Source of the DNA: an uncultured Clostridia bacterium | GTDB taxonomy: Bacteria > Bacillota > Clostridia > TANB77 > CAG-465 | Length of the DNA stretch: 64,000 nt | NCBI GenBank assembly: GCA_944383015.1 | Contig: CALWOC010000002.1 | Location: 262,383-326,382, forward strand | Direction: 5' to 3' | In this document: positions 10,739 through 20,054 of the stretch, one piece after another | Numbering within the stretch: position 1 is the stretch's first letter | Layout: every line of letters starts with the position of its first letter | Notes under the pieces: model-generated | Told to the model about the DNA's origin: nothing | Database searches by the model: none | What the model saw: the letters and a program-made list of their open reading frames with translations, nothing else | Position numbers and translations under genes: made by a program

Positions 10739-11291
10739 ATGAATGAAGGAAAAGTATTAGCTATTCGTTTAGTAGGAGATCCTATATTAAATAAAAAAGC
10801 AAGAGGTTTAGATTTAGTACGGATTAAAAAATGGAAAATATAAAAATATGTGTGAAGATCTAAAGAAAACTTTGCTTTTTAATAATACTGCATATGGACT
10901 TGCAGGACCACAATTAGGATATGATTTACGTATGATAGTAGTTAGAGCAAAAGCAGAAGATGTTTCATATAATGATCCACAGGATATACCTTTAACTATA
11001 ATGATAAATCCTAAATGGAAGAAATTAGACGATAGTACAGATGAACAATATGAAGCTTGTGCAAGTGTACCACAGATAGTAGGAAAAGTAAAAAGATACA
11101 AGAATATAGAGATTGAATATTATGATGAAAATGCTAAATATGTTAAAAAACAAGTTAGTGGTTTTTTTGCACGACTTATACAACATGAATGTGATCATTT
11201 AGATGGAATAGTTTTTTTAAATAGAGTTGAGAAAGATTTTGCAACTAAAGATATGGTAAAAAAATATAATTTAAAGAAGAGCTCTGAATAA
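10739..11291 (+). pseudogene. def: peptide deformylase split by a frameshift in an A6 run
   Basis: 10739..10843 encodes a PDF N-terminus (VGDPILNKKA); 10848..11291 in the +1 frame encodes the G-LAGPQ and QHECDHLDG PDF motifs; the two frames overlap at the A6 run 10826-10831. Confidence 0.55.
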
Positions 11292-11360
11292 ATTTTCAGA
11301 GCTTTTCTATAGTTTTTTTAGTAAAAGTAATGTATAATGTATATAGAAAAGGGTGATTGT

Positions 11361-12182
11361 ATGCTAAGACTTGAAAATATAAAAGTTATTTTTATTGATA
11401 TTGATAAAACTCTTACAGACGATAAAAGACAAGTGCCAAAAGAGAATTCTTTAGCAATAAAAAGAGCAAAAGAATTAGGAAAACTAGTTGTTTTATGCTC
11501 TGGAAGAGGCTTTTCTTATGCTGGTCAAAAAGCTAAAGAGGCATGTGCAAGTGAGCTTTTAATTACAAGTAATGGTGCTCAAATTTATGATTTTAAAAAT
11601 CATAAATCTTTGTATGAGAATAAAATATCAAAAGAGACTGTAAAAAAATTATTAATTCAGTTACACAATTTAGGAGTCGAATGTATACTAAATACTTCTA
11701 ATACTAGATTTGGAACTAAGAATTTAAAAAGAAAAATAGATAAAGATGAAAAGTTTTTTAATACAATAGATGATATTGGTAATGAAAATATATTGCAGAT
11801 CGTATGTGAAGTAGATTCGTATTCTGATATGAAAAAATTAATAGAAATAGTAGATGAATATAGAGATTTGGTTATTTTAAATTTTTCTAGAACATTTTTA
11901 GAACATAAGGAAAATGAAAATAACTATTATGCAGATATTAATAATTGTAATGTCAACAAAGGAGAAGGAATAAAGAAGTTTTTAGAAATATTTAATATAA
12001 AAAAAGAAGAAGCACTATGCTTTGGAGATTATATTAATGATGTAGAAATGTTTGATGCTTGTGGTTATAAAGTCGCTATGGGCAATGCTAGCGAAAATTT
12101 AAAAGCAAAAGCTGACTATATAACTTTGTCTAATAATGAAGCTGGAGTAGCTTATTTTATTAATAATTATATTTTAAAATAA
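11361..12182 (+). CDS. Cof-type HAD-IIB family hydrolase
   Basis: FIDIDKTL motif I, SGRG motif, C-terminal GDYINDVEM motif. Confidence 0.7.
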   Translation: MLRLENIKVIFIDIDKTLTDDKRQVPKENSLAIKRAKELGKLVVLCSGRGFSYAGQKAKEACASELLITSNGAQIYDFKNHKSLYENKISKETVKKLLIQLHNLGVECILNTSNTRFGTKNLKRKIDKDEKFFNTIDDIGNENILQIVCEVDSYSDMKKLIEIVDEYRDLVILNFSRTFLEHKENENNYYADINNCNVNKGEGIKKFLEIFNIKKEEALCFGDYINDVEMFDACGYKVAMGNASENLKAKADYITLSNNEAGVAYFINNYILK

Positions 12183-12259
12183 CCTTGAAAACAAATAAAA
12201 AATATGGTATAATTATGTAATCTTGAAATGCTTAACTTAAGTTAAAATTAATTTAGGAG

Positions 12260-12571
12260 GTGTGTTTTTTGGAAGAAATATTAATTAATATTGTTGATAA
12301 TATGGAAAAAAGAATTATATTTGTGGATGAGTTTCATATTATTAAATATTTAAATAATTCGGCAAAAGAGCACTATAAGAAAAAGGGACTATGTAATTTA
12401 GTTGGAAGAAGTATTTTTGAATTTCATAAATCCGAAACAAATGAAAAGATAAAAAGTGCAGCTAAAACTTTAGAAGATGATAATTCTTTAAGTAAAGTAA
12501 TAATTGGTTCAGCTACAATGTATGCAATTAGAGTTAAAAATAAATTTTGTGGCTATTATGAAATGTTTTAA
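12260..12571 (+). CDS. hypothetical small protein (possibly PAS-like fold)
   Basis: ORF with RBS ggagg; start codon uncertain (GTG 12260 or TTG 12269). Confidence 0.3.
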   Translation: MCFLEEILINIVDNMEKRIIFVDEFHIIKYLNNSAKEHYKKKGLCNLVGRSIFEFHKSETNEKIKSAAKTLEDDNSLSKVIIGSATMYAIRVKNKFCGYYEMF

Positions 12572-12597
12572 GAGCTTGTATTTACAAGCTCTTTTTA
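12572..12597. terminator. bidirectional terminator between convergent genes
   Basis: hairpin agagcttgta-ttt-acaagctct followed by T-run. Confidence 0.6.
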
Positions 12598-12606
12598 AAA
12601 ACTATA

Positions 12607-12924
12607 TTATAGATTATCTTTTAACCATTCGTCTTCACATAGAACATTTATCCATGTAGCTTCTCCGCTAAGTTTTCCAACAAATAATCTATCATCATCT
12701 TCAATATAATTAGATAAGTATCTTGCTATATCGTTTGATTTAACAGTTGTTTCAACAATCCAACAAGAATTTAAAGCTTTTCTACAATTTCCTAATTTTT
12801 TTATAGCTTTAACTAATTCAGAATAGTCATTTTCTTTATTATTTAAGTCTAAAGTAATAATATAACAATACATAACTATCGCCTCCTTGAGCTTTATTAT
12901 CTCAAAGCTTGTTTTAAAAGTCAA
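12607..12924 (-). CDS. hypothetical protein (probably starts at internal Met MYCYIITLDL, ~88 aa)
   Basis: ORF immediately outside attL; no confident family assignment. Confidence 0.4.
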   Translation of the reverse strand: MTFKTSFEIIKLKEAIVMYCYIITLDLNNKENDYSELVKAIKKLGNCRKALNSCWIVETTVKSNDIARYLSNYIEDDDRLFVGKLSGEATWINVLCEDEWLKDNL

Positions 12925-12936
12925 TATATTGTTAGA

Positions 12937-13030
12937 TAAATATAATAAAACCCGCTATTTTTAATAAATAGCGGGTAAATTTTATATTTTTTAAATATCT
13001 TGAAAAGTTCCTTGAAATTCTATCTTTTAG
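12937..13030. repeat. attL: imperfect direct repeat copy including a duplicated rpsI terminator hairpin and 3'-end-like sequence
   Basis: Aligns with 30019-30109 at ~75-80% identity; conserved blocks taaatataataaaaccc, ctatttt, gcggg, gaaaagt.ccttg.aatt.atcttttag. Confidence 0.7.
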
Positions 13031-13537
13031 TAAATTACAAATGTGGAAAAATAAAGCTTTATAGGCATTTTTGCATATTGTAAGCATATTGTAAATATAA
13101 GTTTGGAAAGTTTTTTAAACTCTTATATAATAAAAAATTGTAGAGTTTATATAATTTTTCTCTATATATATAAAAATTATATATATTAATTATAAAATAT
13201 ATATTAATATTTTTTTGTACATTTTGTACTAATAAACTTCAAACTATATAAAAATAAATAAAATCTAATATACACATATTTGTACAACTAATGTACTTTA
13301 ATGTACACAAGTATATTTTTATAAATTTATATACAAATATTTAATTTAGAATATAACTAGGATTAATGAGGCTTTATTCTAGTTAATTTTTATTATTAAG
13401 ATATTAAATTATATTATTTTATAAGTAAAATACTCCACAATTAAACCTGGAATCAATTTTATAAAATGTAGAAAAAAATATGTACTTCTCTATTCCAACT
13501 ATATATAATTTACCTCATAGAAAGGAGAATTTACATT

Positions 13538-13855
13538 ATGGAAAATGGAGTTGAAGAACAAAAAATTTTACAACAATTATTTGATGTATTAGACGGCAGA
13601 TTACCTTCGATGACTAAGTATGAAAGAAAAGATTATAATGCATTTGGAGAAAAATTAGAAAAAAGATATAAGTATGTAAAAGACTCAATAGATAACAAAG
13701 ATTATGATAATATACTAAATTCTGTAAATGATTATATTGATATGTCTAATGCAAAAAATTCTTTTATGGACAATTTATATTTTAGAGATGGACTTACTAC
13801 CGGTATTACTCTAATGTGTGAAGTATTTGAAAATAATAAGAATAAGGAAGATTAA
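13538..13855 (+). CDS. hypothetical protein (element cargo)
   Basis: ORF with RBS aaaggaga. Confidence 0.45.
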   Translation: MENGVEEQKILQQLFDVLDGRLPSMTKYERKDYNAFGEKLEKRYKYVKDSIDNKDYDNILNSVNDYIDMSNAKNSFMDNLYFRDGLTTGITLMCEVFENNKNKED

Positions 13856-13961
13856 ACAATTTAAAAAGTGTCATTTTATTAATTTTTTGATAGTAATTAT
13901 ATATATTTACTTAGAAAGTGTATATACTTTTAGTTTATTTTAAGTAAAGGAGTTAATTACT

Positions 13962-15536
13962 ATGATAAAAGATAATATGACACTTTTATTGTATTATGAT
14001 GAAACTACAACCTTAATTTATAATATGATAAATAATAGTGTTTTAGGAAAAATTGATAATGATAGTAGTTTGATTAGATATTTGTTAAATATAATGGAAC
14101 TACACAATGTAAGAGTAAATGAAAATGATTATTTAGTTCTAAGAAAATTAGATAATGTTGTAACTACTCTACAAAGAGTAATAATAGAATTTTATAGTGG
14201 GTATGATGTTAAATTAAAGAAATTATTGAATAAAGGTTATGAAGTAAATCACATTAATAAAGATAAATTAGATAATAGACTTTGTAACTTAGAATTAGTA
14301 TCACACTTAGATAATATAAAACATAGAGATAATAAACAATATACTGTGGTTTATTCTTCTAATGAGTTACTTAAACTACAACATATTGTAAAGATTAACC
14401 AACAATATAAGAAAGATACTATATATTTACAAAAGATGAATAAGTATATAATAGATAGTGTAATAAGAAAAGATAGTAATAAAAGTATAGATAAATGGTT
14501 TGGTTGTAGGTATTGTGATTATTTATTATTTAATAATGTTAAAACTCTAACTAAAAAAAATGCTTCTATAATTAGAGAGAGTAATAATAGAGTTACTTTT
14601 ACTAATGTAAAAAAATATACTAAAAAAAGTGCATTTTCTCCTACTAATATAGATAGAATAATATCTTCTTATGATAGATATATAGTACATAGAACTATAA
14701 TAAATAATATAGAAGTAATAAACAAACTAATTAGTCTAAAACAAAATAGTAATTTTAATCTACTCTTAGAAAAGATAGATTTTATATATATAATAAAAGA
14801 ACTAAAAAATAATTATCTACATACTCCTAATAATTACTTAATAATAGAAGATAATATACTACTTACTCTATCTATAAAAGATATATTTAGAGAAATTAGA
14901 AGTAAAAATAAAAAACTACTTATACTCTACTTACTAAATATATTCAAAAGATTAGATAGTGTAAAAAATAATACTAACTATTTTAAATATAAACAAAGAC
15001 CTACTACTCTAATTATTCCATATTTATTAAAAGAAGATTTTATAAATATAGACCTTATATCTAAGGACTTATTAAATTATTATAAAAATATAACTTACTC
15101 ACTACTTACAAGGAACACGGGTAACACTTCTTCTCAACTAATATATAGAAATAGTAATTTAGAGAATAAATATAAAAATAGAGATATTAAAACTATTGAA
15201 GATATATACACCATTTTATCTAATAACACTGATTTACAAAAGTATGGTTATATTACTATTAAAGATTTAGTTACTTCTCTAAGAGTTTTAAATGAAGAAA
15301 GAAAAAATAATGGACTATCTTACAATAATATTTTAAATGGTACTGAGAAGTTTGTAAGGAGACATCTTAATAAGGACACACAACTTATAAATGATTTATC
15401 TAAAATTGGTATAAAATATATTTCTCTTAATAATAAAACTATCTCCTCTATTCTATCTTATCAAAAAGAGAAAAAGACTTATTCTTTATACCTTAATAAA
15501 AAGGTTATTGTATTATCTAAACTATATAAAAAATAA
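13962..15536 (+). CDS. hypothetical 524-aa protein, extremely N/K/I/Y/L-rich
   Basis: A 1.5 kb stop-free ORF in very AT-rich DNA is unlikely by chance; RBS aaaggag; no recognisable motif. Confidence 0.5.
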   Translation: MIKDNMTLLLYYDETTTLIYNMINNSVLGKIDNDSSLIRYLLNIMELHNVRVNENDYLVLRKLDNVVTTLQRVIIEFYSGYDVKLKKLLNKGYEVNHINKDKLDNRLCNLELVSHLDNIKHRDNKQYTVVYSSNELLKLQHIVKINQQYKKDTIYLQKMNKYIIDSVIRKDSNKSIDKWFGCRYCDYLLFNNVKTLTKKNASIIRESNNRVTFTNVKKYTKKSAFSPTNIDRIISSYDRYIVHRTIINNIEVINKLISLKQNSNFNLLLEKIDFIYIIKELKNNYLHTPNNYLIIEDNILLTLSIKDIFREIRSKNKKLLILYLLNIFKRLDSVKNNTNYFKYKQRPTTLIIPYLLKEDFINIDLISKDLLNYYKNITYSLLTRNTGNTSSQLIYRNSNLENKYKNRDIKTIEDIYTILSNNTDLQKYGYITIKDLVTSLRVLNEERKNNGLSYNNILNGTEKFVRRHLNKDTQLINDLSKIGIKYISLNNKTISSILSYQKEKKTYSLYLNKKVIVLSKLYKK

Positions 15537-15610
15537 GATTTTATCACACTTTCTATATATTTATATGAAAGATATATTAAGTATATCTAAATAAAAGGAG
15601 TGATAACACA

Positions 15611-15802
15611 ATGACTAATATTTACAAAGTAAAAGAAGTAGCAGACATTTTAAAAGTAACACCTCACACTATAAGAAGTTATATTGCAGAGCAGAAACTA
15701 AAAGCTATCTATATGGGTAAAGGTTTTATGATTAGAGAAGATGATTTAGATGAATTTATAAAAAGTAGATATTTATTCCAATACAATAAAGGAGAGAATT
15801 AA
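15611..15802 (+). CDS. excisionase-family (HTH_17/MerR-like) small DNA-binding protein
   Basis: VKEVADILKVTPHTIRSYIAEQKLKAIYMGKGFMIREDDL matches the excisionase-family HTH pattern. Confidence 0.55.
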   Translation: MTNIYKVKEVADILKVTPHTIRSYIAEQKLKAIYMGKGFMIREDDLDEFIKSRYLFQYNKGEN

Positions 15803-16267
15803 ACTTTAAATATAACCCACTAATTCCAGATTTAATCCTAATGAACTTTCTACTTAAAGATATTAAATTATATTACTTAGTAGGTAAAGTTTTTTAAATT
15901 GACACCACTAAAAACTTTCTGAAACTTTAAGTCAAAGTATGTACTTTTTAAAAATCACAATTTAAAATTATACCAAGATGAGAGGTTTAATTGTAAGTAT
16001 AAAGGTGGTGGTTATAGTGTTAGTAAATTTTAGTTTATTTTATATTTTGGTAGATAGACTCATATAGAGATAGACTCTATGTGGGTCATTTTTTAGTATG
16101 AATACCATATTTTAATTGTTTTTCAAAAGTGATAATCTAGGTTTAATTTAAAGAAACTTTTGTATTAAAGATATATAACTAATATAAAAAGATATAAAAT
16201 TTAATCTAGGTTTAATATGGAATCAATGGAGTAAAAAGTTTAGTTTTATTATAAAGGAAGATAAAAA

Positions 16268-16597
16268 ATGAGTAAAAAGGAAAAAATAAGATGTATTTTA
16301 GTAAAGGTATTTGAACAACCAAAAGTAATAGAGATAGAACATAACCTATCTACTTTACAAAAGTATGTTGGTGGTCTAATAGATATTGTAGAGTTAGAAA
16401 ATGATGTAGATATTATTATAAATGATGAAGGTAAATTGTTAGGTCTATCTCCTAACTTAGTTTTATATGAATTTAGAGACATTATAGTTGGAGATTTTTT
16501 AGTGGTAGGTCAAGAAAATGGAGAGACTATATCTTTAAGTGAAGAAAAAATAAAAAAGTATATGGAAAGATTTGATTTAAAAAGGAGACTACTATGA
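16268..16597 (+). CDS. DUF3846 domain protein (conjugative/mobilisable-element-associated family)
   Basis: Pattern IRCILVKV...LQKYVGGLIDIVEL...IIINDEGKLLGL...EKIKKYMERF matches the conserved DUF3846 profile. Confidence 0.5.
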   Translation: MSKKEKIRCILVKVFEQPKVIEIEHNLSTLQKYVGGLIDIVELENDVDIIINDEGKLLGLSPNLVLYEFRDIIVGDFLVVGQENGETISLSEEKIKKYMERFDLKRRLL

Positions 16598-16827
16598 GAG
16601 AAGATGATTTAGATATTGTAGAAATAATACTAAGTAATATTCCACAAAATAGTGAAATTCAAAAGAGAATAAAACTATATATTGAAACTCATAAGAGTAA
16701 TTGTAATGACTATATCTATACCAAATATAGAAAAGAGAGTATATATTTTAATTCTATATTTAAAACTTTAAGAGCAGGTTTAGAAAGTGAAATTGTAAGA
16801 ACTTTAAATAGAAAAGGTATGTTATAA
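16594..16827 (+). CDS. hypothetical small protein
   Basis: ORF overlapping the upstream stop (ATGA coupling). Confidence 0.35.
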   Translation: MREDDLDIVEIILSNIPQNSEIQKRIKLYIETHKSNCNDYIYTKYRKESIYFNSIFKTLRAGLESEIVRTLNRKGML

Positions 16828-16894
16828 ATAAGTGTTACTCTTGTTACTTGTGATTTACAAACTAATTTTGTATAATATAGAAAAGGTGGTTTAA

Positions 16895-17584
16895 ATGGAA
16901 AAAGGAAATGAAAATAAAGGAAATGTATTATATGTATTAAATACATTAAAAAAATATAGTGATGATGAACACATATTAAGTAGTAATGAAATAAAAGAAT
17001 TGATAAAGAAAAATTATGATGTAAATATAGATAGTAGAACTATAAGAAGAAATATAAATTTACTTATAGAAAAGTTTGGTTATGATATATCTACATATAA
17101 TGATAATCGCAAAGGTTATTATTATATTAAAAATATAGATATAGACTTCACATTAGGAGAAATTATTATGATTATAAATCAAATAAAGTTAGCTAATGAT
17201 ATAAATGAAGAAACATCAAATCTTTTGTTAAATAAATTAGAAAAACAAATTAATATATTTGATAGAGAAAAACTAAAATCAAATATAGCAAAAATGAAAG
17301 AACAAAAAACAAAGAATTGGGAATTAGTAAATAGTTTAGAAATAGTTTCACAAGCAATAGAAGAAAAGAAAAAGATACAATTTATACATAATGGAAAGAA
17401 TATTATATACTCTCCACAATATATTGTGTATAGAAAATTTAAAGTACTTACACCTTTTAATTATATAGTTATAGGAATAAATAATACACTTAACAATAAT
17501 ATTGGAATTTTATTAACTAGTATGAAAAATATAAAAATTTTAGATGAAGAGTGTGAGTTTTTAGATGAAGAAAAAAACAAGTAA
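16895..17584 (+). CDS. wHTH-WYL domain transcriptional regulator (BrxR/CapW-like architecture, short form)
   Basis: N-terminal HTH_11-like (VLYVLNTLKKYSDDEHILSSNEIKELI...SRTIRRNINLLIEKFGYDI); C-terminal WYL-like beta-rich region (IQFIHNGKNIIYSPQYIVYRKF...NYIVIG...IGILLTSMKNIKIL). Confidence 0.5.
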   Translation: MEKGNENKGNVLYVLNTLKKYSDDEHILSSNEIKELIKKNYDVNIDSRTIRRNINLLIEKFGYDISTYNDNRKGYYYIKNIDIDFTLGEIIMIINQIKLANDINEETSNLLLNKLEKQINIFDREKLKSNIAKMKEQKTKNWELVNSLEIVSQAIEEKKKIQFIHNGKNIIYSPQYIVYRKFKVLTPFNYIVIGINNTLNNNIGILLTSMKNIKILDEECEFLDEEKNK

Positions 17585-17680
17585 TACATTTTTAGACCAA
17601 CGAAAAATTCATAGTATAAAATTCATATACAAAATAACTTCAAAATGATATACTCTAAATAAATAGTTTGGAGGTTCATT

Positions 17681-18058
17681 ATGGGGTTATTTTTGTTAGA
17701 TGTAGGAATTAAAAAGGAAAGTATATATAAAATGGAAATATTTGATAAAGAAAAGAAAGAAGTAGATATTATAAGAAAAGAATTTAACCTACCTACTTCA
17801 AAAGTATTGTTATATAAAGATGATGATATATTTTATGGTAAAGATAATGTTGAATATTTTACTACATATAAATTAGATAACTTAATAAAAGAACTAAAAA
17901 ACTTTAATAATAGTATAGTAATAATTAACCTATCTAAAATTAAAAACAATAATAGATTTAAGGAAAGAACAAACAATGAATTTTTTAGAATATTAGAGGG
18001 TATTAGTATTGTACTTAATATAAAATTTATTGTTTATGAAATAAAAAAGGAGAGATGA
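17681..18058 (+). CDS. hypothetical protein (WYL-regulator-adjacent)
   Basis: RBS ggagg 6 nt upstream of the ATG; translationally coupled to the next ORF. Confidence 0.4.
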   Translation: MGLFLLDVGIKKESIYKMEIFDKEKKEVDIIRKEFNLPTSKVLLYKDDDIFYGKDNVEYFTTYKLDNLIKELKNFNNSIVIINLSKIKNNNRFKERTNNEFFRILEGISIVLNIKFIVYEIKKER

Positions 18059-18405
18059 AAATTCAAGATATAGTGGTAATTCCATTAGGAGTATTTGGTA
18101 AAGAAATAATAAAAGATATAGTTTTAAATGATAATGTAAAAATTGTATATAGTGATGAACTTAAAGATTTAAACTATAATATACCTCCACTACTCTTATG
18201 TATTATTGGAGATATAAAAGAAAAAGTAGTAAAAGAATTTTTTAACACACATAGTGGTTTTTTCGCTATAAATATTGTTGGTATATTTAAGAAAGATAGT
18301 TATAATAAGGAATATGATTTTATAGATTACTTTTATGAGATAGATAATGAAAAAGTGTTTAAGATATTTTTTGATAACTTTATAAAATTAAATAATAACC
18401 ATTGA
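18055..18405 (+). CDS. hypothetical protein (WYL-regulator-adjacent)
   Basis: ATGA overlap with the upstream ORF; no family recognised. Confidence 0.4.
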   Translation: MKIQDIVVIPLGVFGKEIIKDIVLNDNVKIVYSDELKDLNYNIPPLLLCIIGDIKEKVVKEFFNTHSGFFAINIVGIFKKDSYNKEYDFIDYFYEIDNEKVFKIFFDNFIKLNNNH

Positions 18406-18522
18406 AATGAGGTTTTATTTAGAAGAACTTTCTATACTTAGTTATATAAATTTATATCTATTAGTAGAAAGTTAATTTAAGATATAAAGGAGAAAAAAGA
18501 AGCATACAAAAGTATTATTACA

Positions 18523-18891
18523 CTATTGTATGCTTTTTAATGCAATTAATATACCTTCTAATCTTAGCTTGTTATCATCACTTAAAGAATTATATTCTCT
18601 TAAAATATACTTTTCTTTTTCGCTTAAATCACTTTTAGAAGATAAAATAGATATTGGAGTTGGGTCATTTGTCAAATCTAAAAGATAGTCTGTGGAGCAA
18701 TGAAAATAATTAGCTAATTGTATTATAAACTCAATATTTGAAGTCCTAGTTCCAGACTCTAACCTAGATATAACTTCTTGATAAGTATTATTATCTTCAG
18801 CGACTTTTCTTTGTGAGTAATGATTATCTTCCCTAATTTTTTGTAAATTCTTTTTGGGTGAAATTTCTTTGTTTTTCTTTATTTTATCCAC
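18523..18891 (-). CDS. XRE-family (Cro/CI-type) HTH transcriptional regulator
   Basis: HTH_3 motif LQKIREDNHYSQRKVAEDNNTYQEVISRLESGTRTSNIEFIIQLANYF; likely GTG start at 18891 with RBS aaaaggag (the ORF-track N-terminus looks spurious). Confidence 0.7.
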   Translation of the reverse strand: MDKIKKNKEISPKKNLQKIREDNHYSQRKVAEDNNTYQEVISRLESGTRTSNIEFIIQLANYFHCSTDYLLDLTNDPTPISILSSKSDLSEKEKYILREYNSLSDDNKLRLEGILIALKSIQ

Positions 18892-18930
18892 TCTATCTAC
18901 TCCTTTTATTAAATTATAACAATAAAAGGG

Positions 18931-18979
18931 TTGTAAAAAAAGTCGAAAATTGGTATAATTAGTATGACATATTGTCATA
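18931..18979 (+). promoter_or_regulatory. sigma-A-type promoter (TTGTAA-17-TGnTATAAT) with overlapping palindromic operator TATGACA-N3-TGTCATA
   Basis: -35 at 18931-18936, -10 at 18954-18959, perfect 7-bp inverted arms at 18963-18979 between the -10 and the RBS; divergent from the XRE gene. Confidence 0.5.
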
Positions 18980-18999
18980 TAATATGAGGAGGTTTTTAT

Positions 19000-20046
19000 A
19001 TGGAAAATAACATATTCAAATATGCGACTAAGGAGCTTAGTCAAGATGCTTTTATTTGTTGGTTGGTAGAGTGGATTAATCACAAAGAAGAAAATTCAGA
19101 ATTGTATGAAGTATCAAAAAAGTTTTTAGATAAAATTATAGAAAAGTATAATAAGAAAAACACTAAAAGAAATTTAAAGGTCAATGATTATAATAATGTA
19201 AAAATATTAAAACAAGATAAAAATATAGATGTTTTGATAAGTTTTGAAATTGAAAATAATGAAACAATATACATTATTATTGAAGATAAAAAATTAACTT
19301 CGGAACATGATAATCAAATAAACAAATATAAAAGTAAATTAATTAATAAAGGAATAAAGGAAGAAAATATAATAACTACATATTATAAGATGTTTTATGA
19401 ACCAAATCAAATAGATGTAGATGTATTAATTGATAGAAAGTTTATGCTTGAAATAATGGAAAATTATTATATAAAAAATGATATATACATTGATTATTAC
19501 AATTATTTAAGTTTGATAGAATATAAGTGTAAAAACATCAAAAAGTTTCCATTGAAAGAAATTAATGAAAATAAATTTTTGCTATATGAATTACAAAAAA
19601 TATATTGTAGTCATAGTGTAAAAAAACAAATAGAAAAATGTGGTGTTGGTTGGTTTAGAGGTAGTTTACTTTATACGTGGTATATAAGAGAATTAGATAA
19701 AGATTACTTCTTAGATTATTTATATCTTGAAACAAAACTTAGATTAGATAGATATGAATTACAAATTAGAGGTCGCTTTGAGGATAAAGAAAATGGTAAG
19801 TTAAAATATAATGAAGATGAAAGAAATAAATTACAAGAAAAAATAGAAAAATATTTTTCAAATAATAGTAATATAAAATTTGAAAAATTTAATAAAAGAG
19901 AAGCTAATGAGTCAATGATTTTAGCTAAGGTTAAACTACATTTTAAGAAAGATGAAGAATATAAAGTTAGTGATTTATTAAATCTAATGGAAGAATTAGA
20001 AAGAGTATTAGATTTATTTATTGAAAATAAAGAATATAAAAATTAA
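19000..20046 (+). CDS. hypothetical protein with putative N-terminal PD-(D/E)xK nuclease motif
   Basis: NIDVLISFEIENNETIYIIIEDKK fits hhhD-x17-E-x-K; first gene of an XRE-controlled operon. Confidence 0.4.
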   Translation: MENNIFKYATKELSQDAFICWLVEWINHKEENSELYEVSKKFLDKIIEKYNKKNTKRNLKVNDYNNVKILKQDKNIDVLISFEIENNETIYIIIEDKKLTSEHDNQINKYKSKLINKGIKEENIITTYYKMFYEPNQIDVDVLIDRKFMLEIMENYYIKNDIYIDYYNYLSLIEYKCKNIKKFPLKEINENKFLLYELQKIYCSHSVKKQIEKCGVGWFRGSLLYTWYIRELDKDYFLDYLYLETKLRLDRYELQIRGRFEDKENGKLKYNEDERNKLQEKIEKYFSNNSNIKFEKFNKREANESMILAKVKLHFKKDEEYKVSDLLNLMEELERVLDLFIENKEYKN

Positions 20047-20054
20047 AAAGGAAT

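Noticed and set aside
12607-12924. Possible Cas2-like protein (beta-strand start MYCYIITLDL, G-x-R-x-x-x-S-x-W, DDDRLFV resembling the Cas2 DSVR-Y region)
   Set aside because: Resemblance is weak and only in architecture. There is no CRISPR array or other cas gene anywhere in the window. Kept as a hypothetical protein.
15978-16067. 29-aa hydrophobic mini-ORF (MRGLIVSIKVVVIVLVNFSLFYILVDRLI) that could be a type I toxin-like peptide
   Set aside because: No Shine-Dalgarno sequence, no antisense RNA evidence, and the region is better explained as a repeat-rich non-coding origin or regulatory region.
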